A DNA stretch of 64,000 nucleotides from NCBI GenBank assembly GCA_038231435.1, contig JBBRLJ010000007.1, forward strand, positions 1-64,000. Reading direction: 5' to 3'. How positions within the stretch are numbered: the stretch's first letter is position 1; each line of letters begins with the position of its first letter. The notes under the pieces were generated by a model. It saw nothing but the letters and a program-made list of their open reading frames with translations, did not search any database and had not been told where the DNA came from. The position numbers and the translations under genes were made by a program. The DNA is from Planctomycetota bacterium. GTDB lineage: Bacteria; Planctomycetota; UBA11346. Below, one piece after another: positions 38,822 to 46,776 of this stretch.

Positions 38822-39574
38822 ATGCCACGCACCATCATCGTCACCGGAGGATCCCGCGGGATCGGCTTCGGCATCGCCACCTGCTTCGCGCGCCTGGGCG
38901 ACCGCCTGGTCATCGCCGATGTCGACGAGGACGCGGCGCGGAAGGCGGCGCTGGAACTCGACCGGCTCGGCGCGAGCGGCTCTTTCGGCGTTCGCTGCGA
39001 TGTCGCGAAGCGGGAAGAGGCAGAACGGCTGGTAGCCGAGACCATCGCGTACGCCGGCCGCATCGACGTGCTGGTCAACAACGTCGGCATCTGCCCGTTC
39101 CAGGATGTCATGGAGATGAGCGAGGCGACGTGGCGCCGCACCCTGGACATCAACTGCACGGGCGCGTTCCTCTGCACCCAGGCCGCAGCTCGGCACATGA
39201 TCGCCCGCGGCGGCGGCGGCCGCGTGGTGTTCATCACCTCGCTGGCCGAGAACGTCACCGGTCCGCAGCAGGTCGACTACGGCGCGTCGAAGGCGGCCAT
39301 GCGCATGACCATGGTGGGTTTCGCGACCGCGCTGGGTTGCCACGGCATCACCTGCAACGCCGTCGCGCCCGGCATGATCCTCACCGACATGACCAGGCAT
39401 CATTGGGAGAAGCCCGAGCCGGCCGCCATGATCAAGGCCCGCGTCCCCGTCGGCCGCATCGGCACCCCAGAGGATATCGGCCAGGCGGTGGTCTTCCTCA
39501 GCGGGGCGGGAGCGTCCTACGTCAACGGCATCACCATCCGTGTCGACGGCGGCCACCAGGCAGTGTGCGTCTGA
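38822..39574 (+). CDS. SDR-family NAD(P)-dependent oxidoreductase
   Basis: TGGSRGIG, LVNNVG, YGASK, NAVAPG, VDGG. Confidence 0.93.
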   Translation: MPRTIIVTGGSRGIGFGIATCFARLGDRLVIADVDEDAARKAALELDRLGASGSFGVRCDVAKREEAERLVAETIAYAGRIDVLVNNVGICPFQDVMEMSEATWRRTLDINCTGAFLCTQAAARHMIARGGGGRVVFITSLAENVTGPQQVDYGASKAAMRMTMVGFATALGCHGITCNAVAPGMILTDMTRHHWEKPEPAAMIKARVPVGRIGTPEDIGQAVVFLSGAGASYVNGITIRVDGGHQAVCV

Positions 39575-39575
39575 C

Positions 39576-40340
39576 ATGCTGACGATCGATCTCTCGGGGC
39601 GGACGGCGTTGGTCACCGGTGGATCCGGCGACCTCGGCCGCGTCATCTGCCGTGTCCTGGCCGAGTGCGGCGCGCGGGTCGCCGTCCACTACCACCGTCG
39701 CGCGTCCCAGGCCGAGCAGGTGGTCGCGGCGATCCGCGCGGCGGGCGGAACCGCCGCGAGCTTCGCGGCGGACCTCACCGAGATGTCCTCGGTGGCTGCG
39801 CTGGCCTCTGCTGTGCGGCGGGACATCGGGGAACCGGACATCGTCGTCGCCAACGCCGTCATCCAATTCGGCTGGACCTCGGTGCTGGAGCAGCCTCTCG
39901 AGGATTTCGACGGCCAATACCGCAGCTGCGTGGTGCAGGCGGTGCTGTTGGCGAAGGCCTTCGCCCCCGCGATGCAGCGGCGCAAGGGCGGGCGCATCAT
40001 CGGCATCAGCACCGAATGTGCGACTGAATGCAATCCGACCCAGGGCGCCTACGCCGCGGGAAAACGCGGCATGGATGCGGTCTACCGCGTGCTGTGCAAG
40101 GAGCTCGGTCCGGACGGCATCACCGTCAATCAGGTGGCGCCCGGGTGGATGATCAGTGACCGCGATCGCGGCACCGACCGCGAATCGCAGCCAGGCTATG
40201 CGGCCGGGGTCCCGTTGCGCAGGCGCGGCGACGATGCCGACATCGCAAAGGCGGTCGCCTTCCTGGCGTCGGATCACGCGGGCTTCATCTCCGGGGTATG
40301 GCTGCCGGTGTGCGGCGGCCACGTCATGGCCGGGATGTGA
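39576..40340 (+). CDS. SDR-family NAD(P)-dependent oxidoreductase
   Basis: TGGSGDLG, VANA, YAAGK, VNQVAPG, VCGG. Confidence 0.92.
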   Translation: MLTIDLSGRTALVTGGSGDLGRVICRVLAECGARVAVHYHRRASQAEQVVAAIRAAGGTAASFAADLTEMSSVAALASAVRRDIGEPDIVVANAVIQFGWTSVLEQPLEDFDGQYRSCVVQAVLLAKAFAPAMQRRKGGRIIGISTECATECNPTQGAYAAGKRGMDAVYRVLCKELGPDGITVNQVAPGWMISDRDRGTDRESQPGYAAGVPLRRRGDDADIAKAVAFLASDHAGFISGVWLPVCGGHVMAGM

Positions 40341-40397
40341 GGGCCCGTTGGGCAGTCCGCATCCGCATCCGCATCCGCGCCAGCAGGCCACGGATCG

Positions 40398-43300
40398 TCA
40401 AGGGTGAGACGTTCCGTGCTCGATGCGCCAGACTGCGATCTTCTTGCAGAAAGAGTCCAAGGCCGTCACCTCGAGCGCTTGCCGATACAGCGCGGTCGCC
40501 GTGTCGTGGTCGCCCGCGAGATCGGCGCGGACCGCGTGCGGAAACGTCAGCAACGCCGACGAAGATGGATGCTTGCATGCGAGATACGCGGCATCGTCCA
40601 TCAGTCCGGAAACCAGCGCCGCCTCCTGCCAGATGGTCTGCCCCGCCATCTGCCGGTGATCGAGCGCTGGCTTGAACTCGGCGGGCAGATCCTGCACGAC
40701 GCCAGGCCGCACCCGCAGCAGGATCGGGATGAAGGTCCGGTAGCACATCCGCTCGTATTCATCGAAGTGGTCGGGTAGCGCCTGGAGTCGATGGACGAGG
40801 TCCACGCCGCGCGGGTCATCGACAGTCAGCATGGCGAGGGCGGTTTTCCAGGCACAGGTTTCGCGGATGTCCTTGGGCTCATGCAGGGTCGCTTCCAAGG
40901 CATCGTCCAGACGGCCGAGGGCGATGAGCGCTTCGACCTTCACGTGTGGTTGCTCGATCTGCGGTACCGCCAGAGCTTCGGCCGGACGCCCGAGCGTGAG
41001 CAGCGCGCGCGCTCTCCAGCCGAGCTCGTCCGGGTAATCGGACAGGACGATGTCGTCGCGTTTGGAATACGCGTAGGCGCGCGCCTGGAGTGAACTGTCA
41101 TCGGGAAATGCCACGCGGGCCTGCTCCGGCTGTCCGAGCTGGATGTAGGCGTCGGTGGCGTCGTTCCGGTTGGTCGCGGCCGTGAGCGCCTCGGTGAATC
41201 GCCCGCTGCGCATCAGGATATTGAAGCGCACCTCGCGCCGATCTCCATACAGCCGCTCACACACATCGATCCGGCCCATGTCGAGCAGGGCTTCGGCATG
41301 GCGAACCGCATCGTCGTGGTACAGCCTGCAGATCAGCTCGAGATTCCCCGCGCTCCTGAGGATCGCGCAGGCGCGCTCGCTGAATGGCTGGCGGACATAG
41401 TCCACGCCATGCTTGGCGCACCACTGGCGCAGCTCAGCCTCGGTCGCGATGATCTGCTCGACGGCATCCGCGGGCACTCCGTCGACGCCGAGAAAGTCGG
41501 CTGGGGCTTGCAGGCGTTTGAGGCGGAGGGTGGCGATCTCTTGGAAGAGCAGCTTCAACGCGGGGTGCGTGGAGAACGGCACGAGGAGATCGTCCGCGAT
41601 TTGCGCCTCCTGCTCGTCGCCGTTCTCGATCGCCAGGCGTTCGCGGGCGCGGAGGGCCAATGGCGCGCATTCGGCGTGCGGGAACTCCTCGGTGACCCGC
41701 CGCAGCACCGCTCGCCCCGTCTCGACCGTGCCGTTGGCGACGTGGCTCATCGCCAAGCGGTAGAGCGCCTGGGGCTCGAGTGGGGTTCCGGCATAGGAGT
41801 CGGCGATCTCGGCGAAGATCTGCGCGGCGTTGGCGTAGTCCCCGAACTGGTACAGCTGATTGCCGACCGCCAGAGGCGAGATGCGTTCGGGGAGCGGCCG
41901 ATGCCAGACCTCGATGTTCGCCAAGGCGTGTTCACTACCAACACAGCAATCGAAGCCGAATCCCTGGCCAGACGGCGTCAGCAGATCGTCGACCTCGATG
42001 TGTTCGAAAATCTGTCTGCCGTCGATGCTCAGGCGGATGCGGTCGGCTTCGCGTTCCATGACGAAGTGCAGGGTCCTGCCGACCACGATCAGCCCCGGCT
42101 CGTCGTGCTCGGCGAGCTTGGTGACGTCCTTGCCGCGCGTGAGCACGACGCGTGAAGGGCTTCCCCAGCCGCCGATATGGAAGGTATATCCAGTCAGCCG
42201 CTCGTCGGCATCGAGGAAGCAGTTGAGATTCTGCGCCTTGCGCAAGGGGGTGTAGTCCCAAGAGACCCGGACGTCTCCACGCAGGCGCTGCCGGAAAGCG
42301 AGATCGAAAAGAGTTTCATCCGACGAGGCGATGAGCCTTCCCGAATCGAGCCGCCAATGTCCGGAAGTAGTCGGCGTTATCTCGTGGAAGGTCTCTTCCG
42401 ACCAGCCCTTGGTGAGGCCCTTCCAATCGCGATCCACGGCCGATGGATCGCCGCCAGCGAACGCATCGCGGTAGACCAGGTGCCAGTCCGAGCGCTCCTT
42501 GATCTTCTCGTGGCGATAGGCCGCTCCGAGAGCGGTGATCAGCGCGAGCGACACGATCATGAGGTTGATGGTGAGGCGGTGTTTCCGGTACCAGCGGGCG
42601 AGGATGTGCCACAGCGGATCGCGGTGGACGCTCACGGCGAGTCCGGCCTGGTAGCGCTCGAGATCAGCGACCAAGGCCGCGGCAGATGGATAGCGGGCGG
42701 CAGGAGAGGAGGCGAGCGCCTTGAGGGCGATCGCTGCCAAGGCCAGGGGAACCGACGAACGCTCATAGTCGGTGAGCGGGATGATGATGCCCTTGCGCTT
42801 CAATTTCCAGAATTCGTCCTGATCGTCCGACCAGATCGGCAGGCGCAGGGTCAGCGCATGGAACAACGTCGCGCCCAGGCAGTACACGTCGCTGACCGGC
42901 GTCGCGGTTTCGCCGCGCGCCTGCTCCGGGCTCATGTACAGCGGAGTCCCGTAGAGCTTGGCGCTGGTTGAGGGCCAGCGCGATGCGCTGCCCCAATCGA
43001 GCAGGAGCGCCTCGCCGAAATCCCCAAGCAGGATGTTGTCCGGCTTGATGTCCTGGTGGATGATGCCGCGATGGTTCGCGTAGGCGACGGCCTGGCCGAT
43101 GGCGATGATCGCGCTGACGATCTGGTTCGGCGTGCGGATCTTGTCGTCGCGATCGACCGGACTCGATAGGGCGATCGCCGAGCCGAGGGTGCGGCCGACG
43201 ACCTGGGGCATGGCGAAGTACGGATGACCTTGTGCCGTGACATCGATCTCATGGATGGGCAGTACATTCGGATGCGTCAGGCTCGCGGTGATGCGTGCTT

Positions 43301-43688
43301 CTTCGACGAAGGATCCGACGTCGTCCGTGTTGGCGCTGGCCTCGGCCGACATCACCTTGACCACCAGTCCCCGGTCGAGATCCGAATCATGAACCTCGAG
43401 GACCCGGCCGGTGGCTCCGGCGCCGAGCATCCCCTGGATCGTGAACCTCAGGCCATCGCCACCCTGGCTCCACGGAATGCCGGCGTTGGCGAGTCGTTGC
43501 TCGAGCCGAGTCTCAATGAACAGCGCCGCATGCTCGTTCGCCGTGGGAGGAGCATGGTCAATCGCGGTGGCGGCGCGCGCGTGTTCGCCCGAGCCCGCGG
43601 GCAGGAATTCCTGCGCGGACATGGTTCTGCCGAGCCTCGCCTTGGCATCCTCTGGATCCCCAGCGGGTGTTCGTGGAATCGACACCAT
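40398..43688 (-). CDS. Membrane Ser/Thr protein kinase 2 (non-RD; kinase, TM, beta-sandwich, TPR-like)
   Basis: GAGATGRV, LVVK, HPNV, HQDIKPDN, DWG, GTPLYMSPE, DVY, then a TM and TPR-like ALYRLA..VTEEFP. Start uncertain (43622, 43688 or 43763). Confidence 0.88.
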   Translation of the reverse strand: MVSIPRTPAGDPEDAKARLGRTMSAQEFLPAGSGEHARAATAIDHAPPTANEHAALFIETRLEQRLANAGIPWSQGGDGLRFTIQGMLGAGATGRVLEVHDSDLDRGLVVKVMSAEASANTDDVGSFVEEARITASLTHPNVLPIHEIDVTAQGHPYFAMPQVVGRTLGSAIALSSPVDRDDKIRTPNQIVSAIIAIGQAVAYANHRGIIHQDIKPDNILLGDFGEALLLDWGSASRWPSTSAKLYGTPLYMSPEQARGETATPVSDVYCLGATLFHALTLRLPIWSDDQDEFWKLKRKGIIIPLTDYERSSVPLALAAIALKALASSPAARYPSAAALVADLERYQAGLAVSVHRDPLWHILARWYRKHRLTINLMIVSLALITALGAAYRHEKIKERSDWHLVYRDAFAGGDPSAVDRDWKGLTKGWSEETFHEITPTTSGHWRLDSGRLIASSDETLFDLAFRQRLRGDVRVSWDYTPLRKAQNLNCFLDADERLTGYTFHIGGWGSPSRVVLTRGKDVTKLAEHDEPGLIVVGRTLHFVMEREADRIRLSIDGRQIFEHIEVDDLLTPSGQGFGFDCCVGSEHALANIEVWHRPLPERISPLAVGNQLYQFGDYANAAQIFAEIADSYAGTPLEPQALYRLAMSHVANGTVETGRAVLRRVTEEFPHAECAPLALRARERLAIENGDEQEAQIADDLLVPFSTHPALKLLFQEIATLRLKRLQAPADFLGVDGVPADAVEQIIATEAELRQWCAKHGVDYVRQPFSERACAILRSAGNLELICRLYHDDAVRHAEALLDMGRIDVCERLYGDRREVRFNILMRSGRFTEALTAATNRNDATDAYIQLGQPEQARVAFPDDSSLQARAYAYSKRDDIVLSDYPDELGWRARALLTLGRPAEALAVPQIEQPHVKVEALIALGRLDDALEATLHEPKDIRETCAWKTALAMLTVDDPRGVDLVHRLQALPDHFDEYERMCYRTFIPILLRVRPGVVQDLPAEFKPALDHRQMAGQTIWQEAALVSGLMDDAAYLACKHPSSSALLTFPHAVRADLAGDHDTATALYRQALEVTALDSFCKKIAVWRIEHGTSHP

Positions 43689-43887
43689 CCGAGTAGGATA
43701 CCATACGTAGGGCAGTACCGCATCGGTGCATGCCACCCAGCCTTTGCAGGGGATTTTACCCACGCCGTCTCGCCACCGTCGCGATCACTCGGGCGGAGCG
43801 GCCTGATCCCAGCATCGCTGGGGCACGATCCGTGCCAGTTGGTGATCAGCGCGAGGATGCGTCAGGATCAGCCATATCCGATCAGCG

Positions 43888-44982
43888 CTATTCGATGAGC
43901 AGCGCCCGCACCCCATCCGCGGCCTCCCAGGCCACGACCACGGCTCCGTCGCCCCCGGGCACCGCGGCGATGGTCGGGTACGAGCCCTTGCCGATGCTGG
44001 CGGCGGCCTGATTCCCACGCTTCATCTGGATGTCGTCGCCGGCCTGCCAGACGCGCACCACCGCCTTGCCGGCGATCGCGACCGCGGAGTTCTTCCCCGC
44101 GCCTAGCTGCGCTTCCTTGGTCGGTTCATCCAGCGAGGTCATGAACACCGTGCCCTCGCGCCGCCATGCGGTCTCGATGCGGTGATCGGAGACCGAGATG
44201 CCTCCGCCATCCATCGGGCAGGCATTCAGCTGCCAGGTACCGCTGCCCAGCTTCATCGGCGCGGCCATGGTCTTGACCTCGTCGGTCGAGGAGCGGACAT
44301 ACATGTCGCGCGCTCCACCGATCAGATTGCGCCACATGAACGCCACATCGCCGCCAGCGTCGGCCGCCACCATGGGCTGGCAGCATTCGCATACGGTGCC
44401 ATCCGGAGAGCGGTAGACGAGAACGTTGGGCGACCACTTCTTGCCGCCGTCGCTGGTGCGCGAGGCGTAGATCTGCGCCTTGGTGTCGCGCAGGTCGAGC
44501 CACGTCGCCCACGCGGATCCACGGGTTCCGGCAGCCAGCGAGAACAGCCCTTCGCGCGCCACCCGCGGCTTGTCGTTGATGGTGATCGCGCCCGCCCAGG
44601 TCTTGCCCGCGTCGCCGGAATACCACGAGAGGATGTCGCCCGTGGCGCCGATGCCCGCCGCGACCAGCACGCCGTCTCCGGCGGCCAGCTGCGGGCCGCG
44701 CCGCATGCCGAGCATGAGCCCGGTGACTTTGCCGATCTCGACCGCCGGGCCGTAGGTCGCGCCGCCGTCGTGCGATGAGCGGATCTTCAATGATGGTCCC
44801 ACGCCATAGAGGACGTGCACGGTCTTGTCGGCGCCGATCGCCACCCGGGGCTGCTTGCCGGCCGCGTCGATGACGACCGGCTCGGCGCCGCGCGCGCTGG
44901 CGGTTACGCAGGCGAAGAGCGCGGCCACGAGCATCGTCCGCCAGGCACAGGCGGAGGTCATCGTATCGATCGAGGTAGGCAT
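43888..44982 (-). CDS. Secreted BNR-repeat (sialidase-fold) protein with CECC and CPMDGG motifs
   Basis: SHDGGATY, SGDAGKTW, TSDGGKKW Asp-boxes. TVCECCQP and WQLNACPMDGG. GGAGG RBS. Confidence 0.8.
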   Translation of the reverse strand: MPTSIDTMTSACAWRTMLVAALFACVTASARGAEPVVIDAAGKQPRVAIGADKTVHVLYGVGPSLKIRSSHDGGATYGPAVEIGKVTGLMLGMRRGPQLAAGDGVLVAAGIGATGDILSWYSGDAGKTWAGAITINDKPRVAREGLFSLAAGTRGSAWATWLDLRDTKAQIYASRTSDGGKKWSPNVLVYRSPDGTVCECCQPMVAADAGGDVAFMWRNLIGGARDMYVRSSTDEVKTMAAPMKLGSGTWQLNACPMDGGGISVSDHRIETAWRREGTVFMTSLDEPTKEAQLGAGKNSAVAIAGKAVVRVWQAGDDIQMKRGNQAAASIGKGSYPTIAAVPGGDGAVVVAWEAADGVRALLIE

Positions 44983-45060
44983 CGTGGACATCCTCCATGC
45001 TAGAGACGTGGGAATCCGCTGGACGAGGCTATCGGGTTCCGCCGCCATGCGAAGCGCGCA

Positions 45061-46776
45061 TCACGCTGAACGCTTGCAAGGGATCGTCATGATCGTCAGC
45101 GAAGCGGGCGGCAGCACCACGTGGATCCGACCCTGGTCCGATGCGACCTGATCGTGCTCCACCATCGCGACTTCACCACCTTCACCACCTTCACCACCTT
45201 CACCACCTTCACCACCTTCACCACCTTCACCACCACCGCCGCCAGCCAGCAGGCGCTGCAGCGATGCGGTGGCGGACAGCGTGGTGACCGCCGCCGCGTC
45301 GATGAACAGGGAAACGGATCGATGCGGATCGTTGTTCACCACATGCAGGAAGACATGGCGATCGTCCTGGGACGCGACGGCGTCGACCGTGGTGATGCGG
45401 CTCGGCTGGCTCCACCCGAGAGCGATCGGCTGCTCGACGATCGGCGCTCCCGCGATCTCGGCATCGAGCCGCCACGCGCCGTGGGTTCGCGCGTAGAGGC
45501 TGGTGACCATCCCGGTCGGTGACCGGATCGGTACCGCGGCTCCATCGGCGACATGGATGGCCGAGATGCCCCAGGTCGTGCCGATGAGCATGGACTGCGT
45601 CCCCATGCGCACATCCCCGCCCTGGCGGATCAGGCCATTGAGGAACGCCGCGGCGGCGAGGCCGGCCGCGAGGCGGTGCTCGCCCGGGTGGCTGGGGAGC
45701 CGGTGGAAGCCGTAGCCGTTCCAGTTCCATTCCGTGCAGGCCAGACGGTAGCCCAACGCGCTCAGGTCGGTGACGGCAGGGCCCAGGCCCTGGCAGCGGC
45801 CGAAGTCGTCGCGTTTGCCGAGCGCGCCGATCCACGCCCACCACCAGTCGTCCGCCGACAATTCCGCGGGAGGGAGCGTCGCGCCCGAGCGGGCGATGCG
45901 GTCGACTGGTCCGGGCCCGTAGATGTGCAGCGCGAGGAAGGCGACTTCTCGCCGCAGGAGGTCGTCGTCGTAGAGGCTGCGGTCGACCAGCGGACCAGGA
46001 TCGCCATCGATGATGATGCCGATGTCGGGGTCCACGGCCCTGATCGCCGCGATGAAGGCGTGGATGCACTCGCGGTACCAGTTGGCCATGGCGCGCGGCG
46101 ACAGCGGCCCCACTGCCGCTACCACCGCCTTCGGGAATTCGCCGCACCACCATTCGTTCCCCAATTGGATGAACTCGACGCCGAACGGCCGCGGATGTCC
46201 ATTCGCCGCGCGTACGGCGGCCCAGTCAGGCATGCCCGGAGAGGGCGCCTGGCCCAGTGGGGAATTGGCATAGGCGACCATGCCCGCAGCGAGCCGCGCG
46301 GCTTCATCCAGCGGTCGACGCTTGGCCAGCGCGTCCAGCAGATTCACCACCAGGATGGTCTGATTTCCGAGCCGGTCGCGCAGCGCGAAGTACTCGTCGA
46401 TGCCGAAACGGGTGCCGATGGCCTTGCCGGTATGGCCGGTCAGGGTCGGCGGGCGGGGTCCAGGAGAGACGGCACCGTCGACCAGGCTCCGCCAATCGGT
46501 GTAATCGATGTCGGTACCGCCTGGAAAGCGGATCAGCGGGATGTCCATCGCTCGAGTGATGGCGACGACATCTTCGCGCAGCGCGCCTGTCGCTGGATCG
46601 AGCGCGCCCTCGGGGCCGGGCTCCCCGAAGCTCGCGCGCTCGAGGAACTGGCCGAACAGCCGGGGGTCGATGGGGTTCCGCCGCGTCGAGCCGATCGTCA
46701 TGCTCACCTGCAGCGGATTGGCGCCGGGGGAGCCTGCCGCCTGATCCAAGGCCGGTTTCAGTGTCGAATCCATCAT
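45061..46776 (-). CDS. GH51-like alpha-L-arabinofuranosidase
   Basis: IDPRLFGQFLE, LIRFPGG, FGIDEY, QLGNE (acid/base), TEWN (nucleophile), LPPASLT. ATGA overlap with the upstream gene. Confidence 0.85.
   Translation of the reverse strand: MMDSTLKPALDQAAGSPGANPLQVSMTIGSTRRNPIDPRLFGQFLERASFGEPGPEGALDPATGALREDVVAITRAMDIPLIRFPGGTDIDYTDWRSLVDGAVSPGPRPPTLTGHTGKAIGTRFGIDEYFALRDRLGNQTILVVNLLDALAKRRPLDEAARLAAGMVAYANSPLGQAPSPGMPDWAAVRAANGHPRPFGVEFIQLGNEWWCGEFPKAVVAAVGPLSPRAMANWYRECIHAFIAAIRAVDPDIGIIIDGDPGPLVDRSLYDDDLLRREVAFLALHIYGPGPVDRIARSGATLPPAELSADDWWWAWIGALGKRDDFGRCQGLGPAVTDLSALGYRLACTEWNWNGYGFHRLPSHPGEHRLAAGLAAAAFLNGLIRQGGDVRMGTQSMLIGTTWGISAIHVADGAAVPIRSPTGMVTSLYARTHGAWRLDAEIAGAPIVEQPIALGWSQPSRITTVDAVASQDDRHVFLHVVNNDPHRSVSLFIDAAAVTTLSATASLQRLLAGGGGGEGGEGGEGGEGGEGGEGGEVAMVEHDQVASDQGRIHVVLPPASLTIMTIPCKRSA
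45172..45234. repeat. Perfect 9-bp tandem repeat (TTCACCACC)x7 encoding GGE repeats in the GH51 C-terminus
   Basis: Read directly from the sequence. Confidence 0.92.

Noticed and set aside
37857..38828. N-terminal extension making a 594-aa AraC protein
   Set aside because: It is the antisense of the PhyH gene. AraC-like sequence begins near 37856.
40357..40378. (CCGCAT)x3 microsatellite between convergent genes
   Set aside because: Too short and not in a promoter or CDS. No evidence of function.
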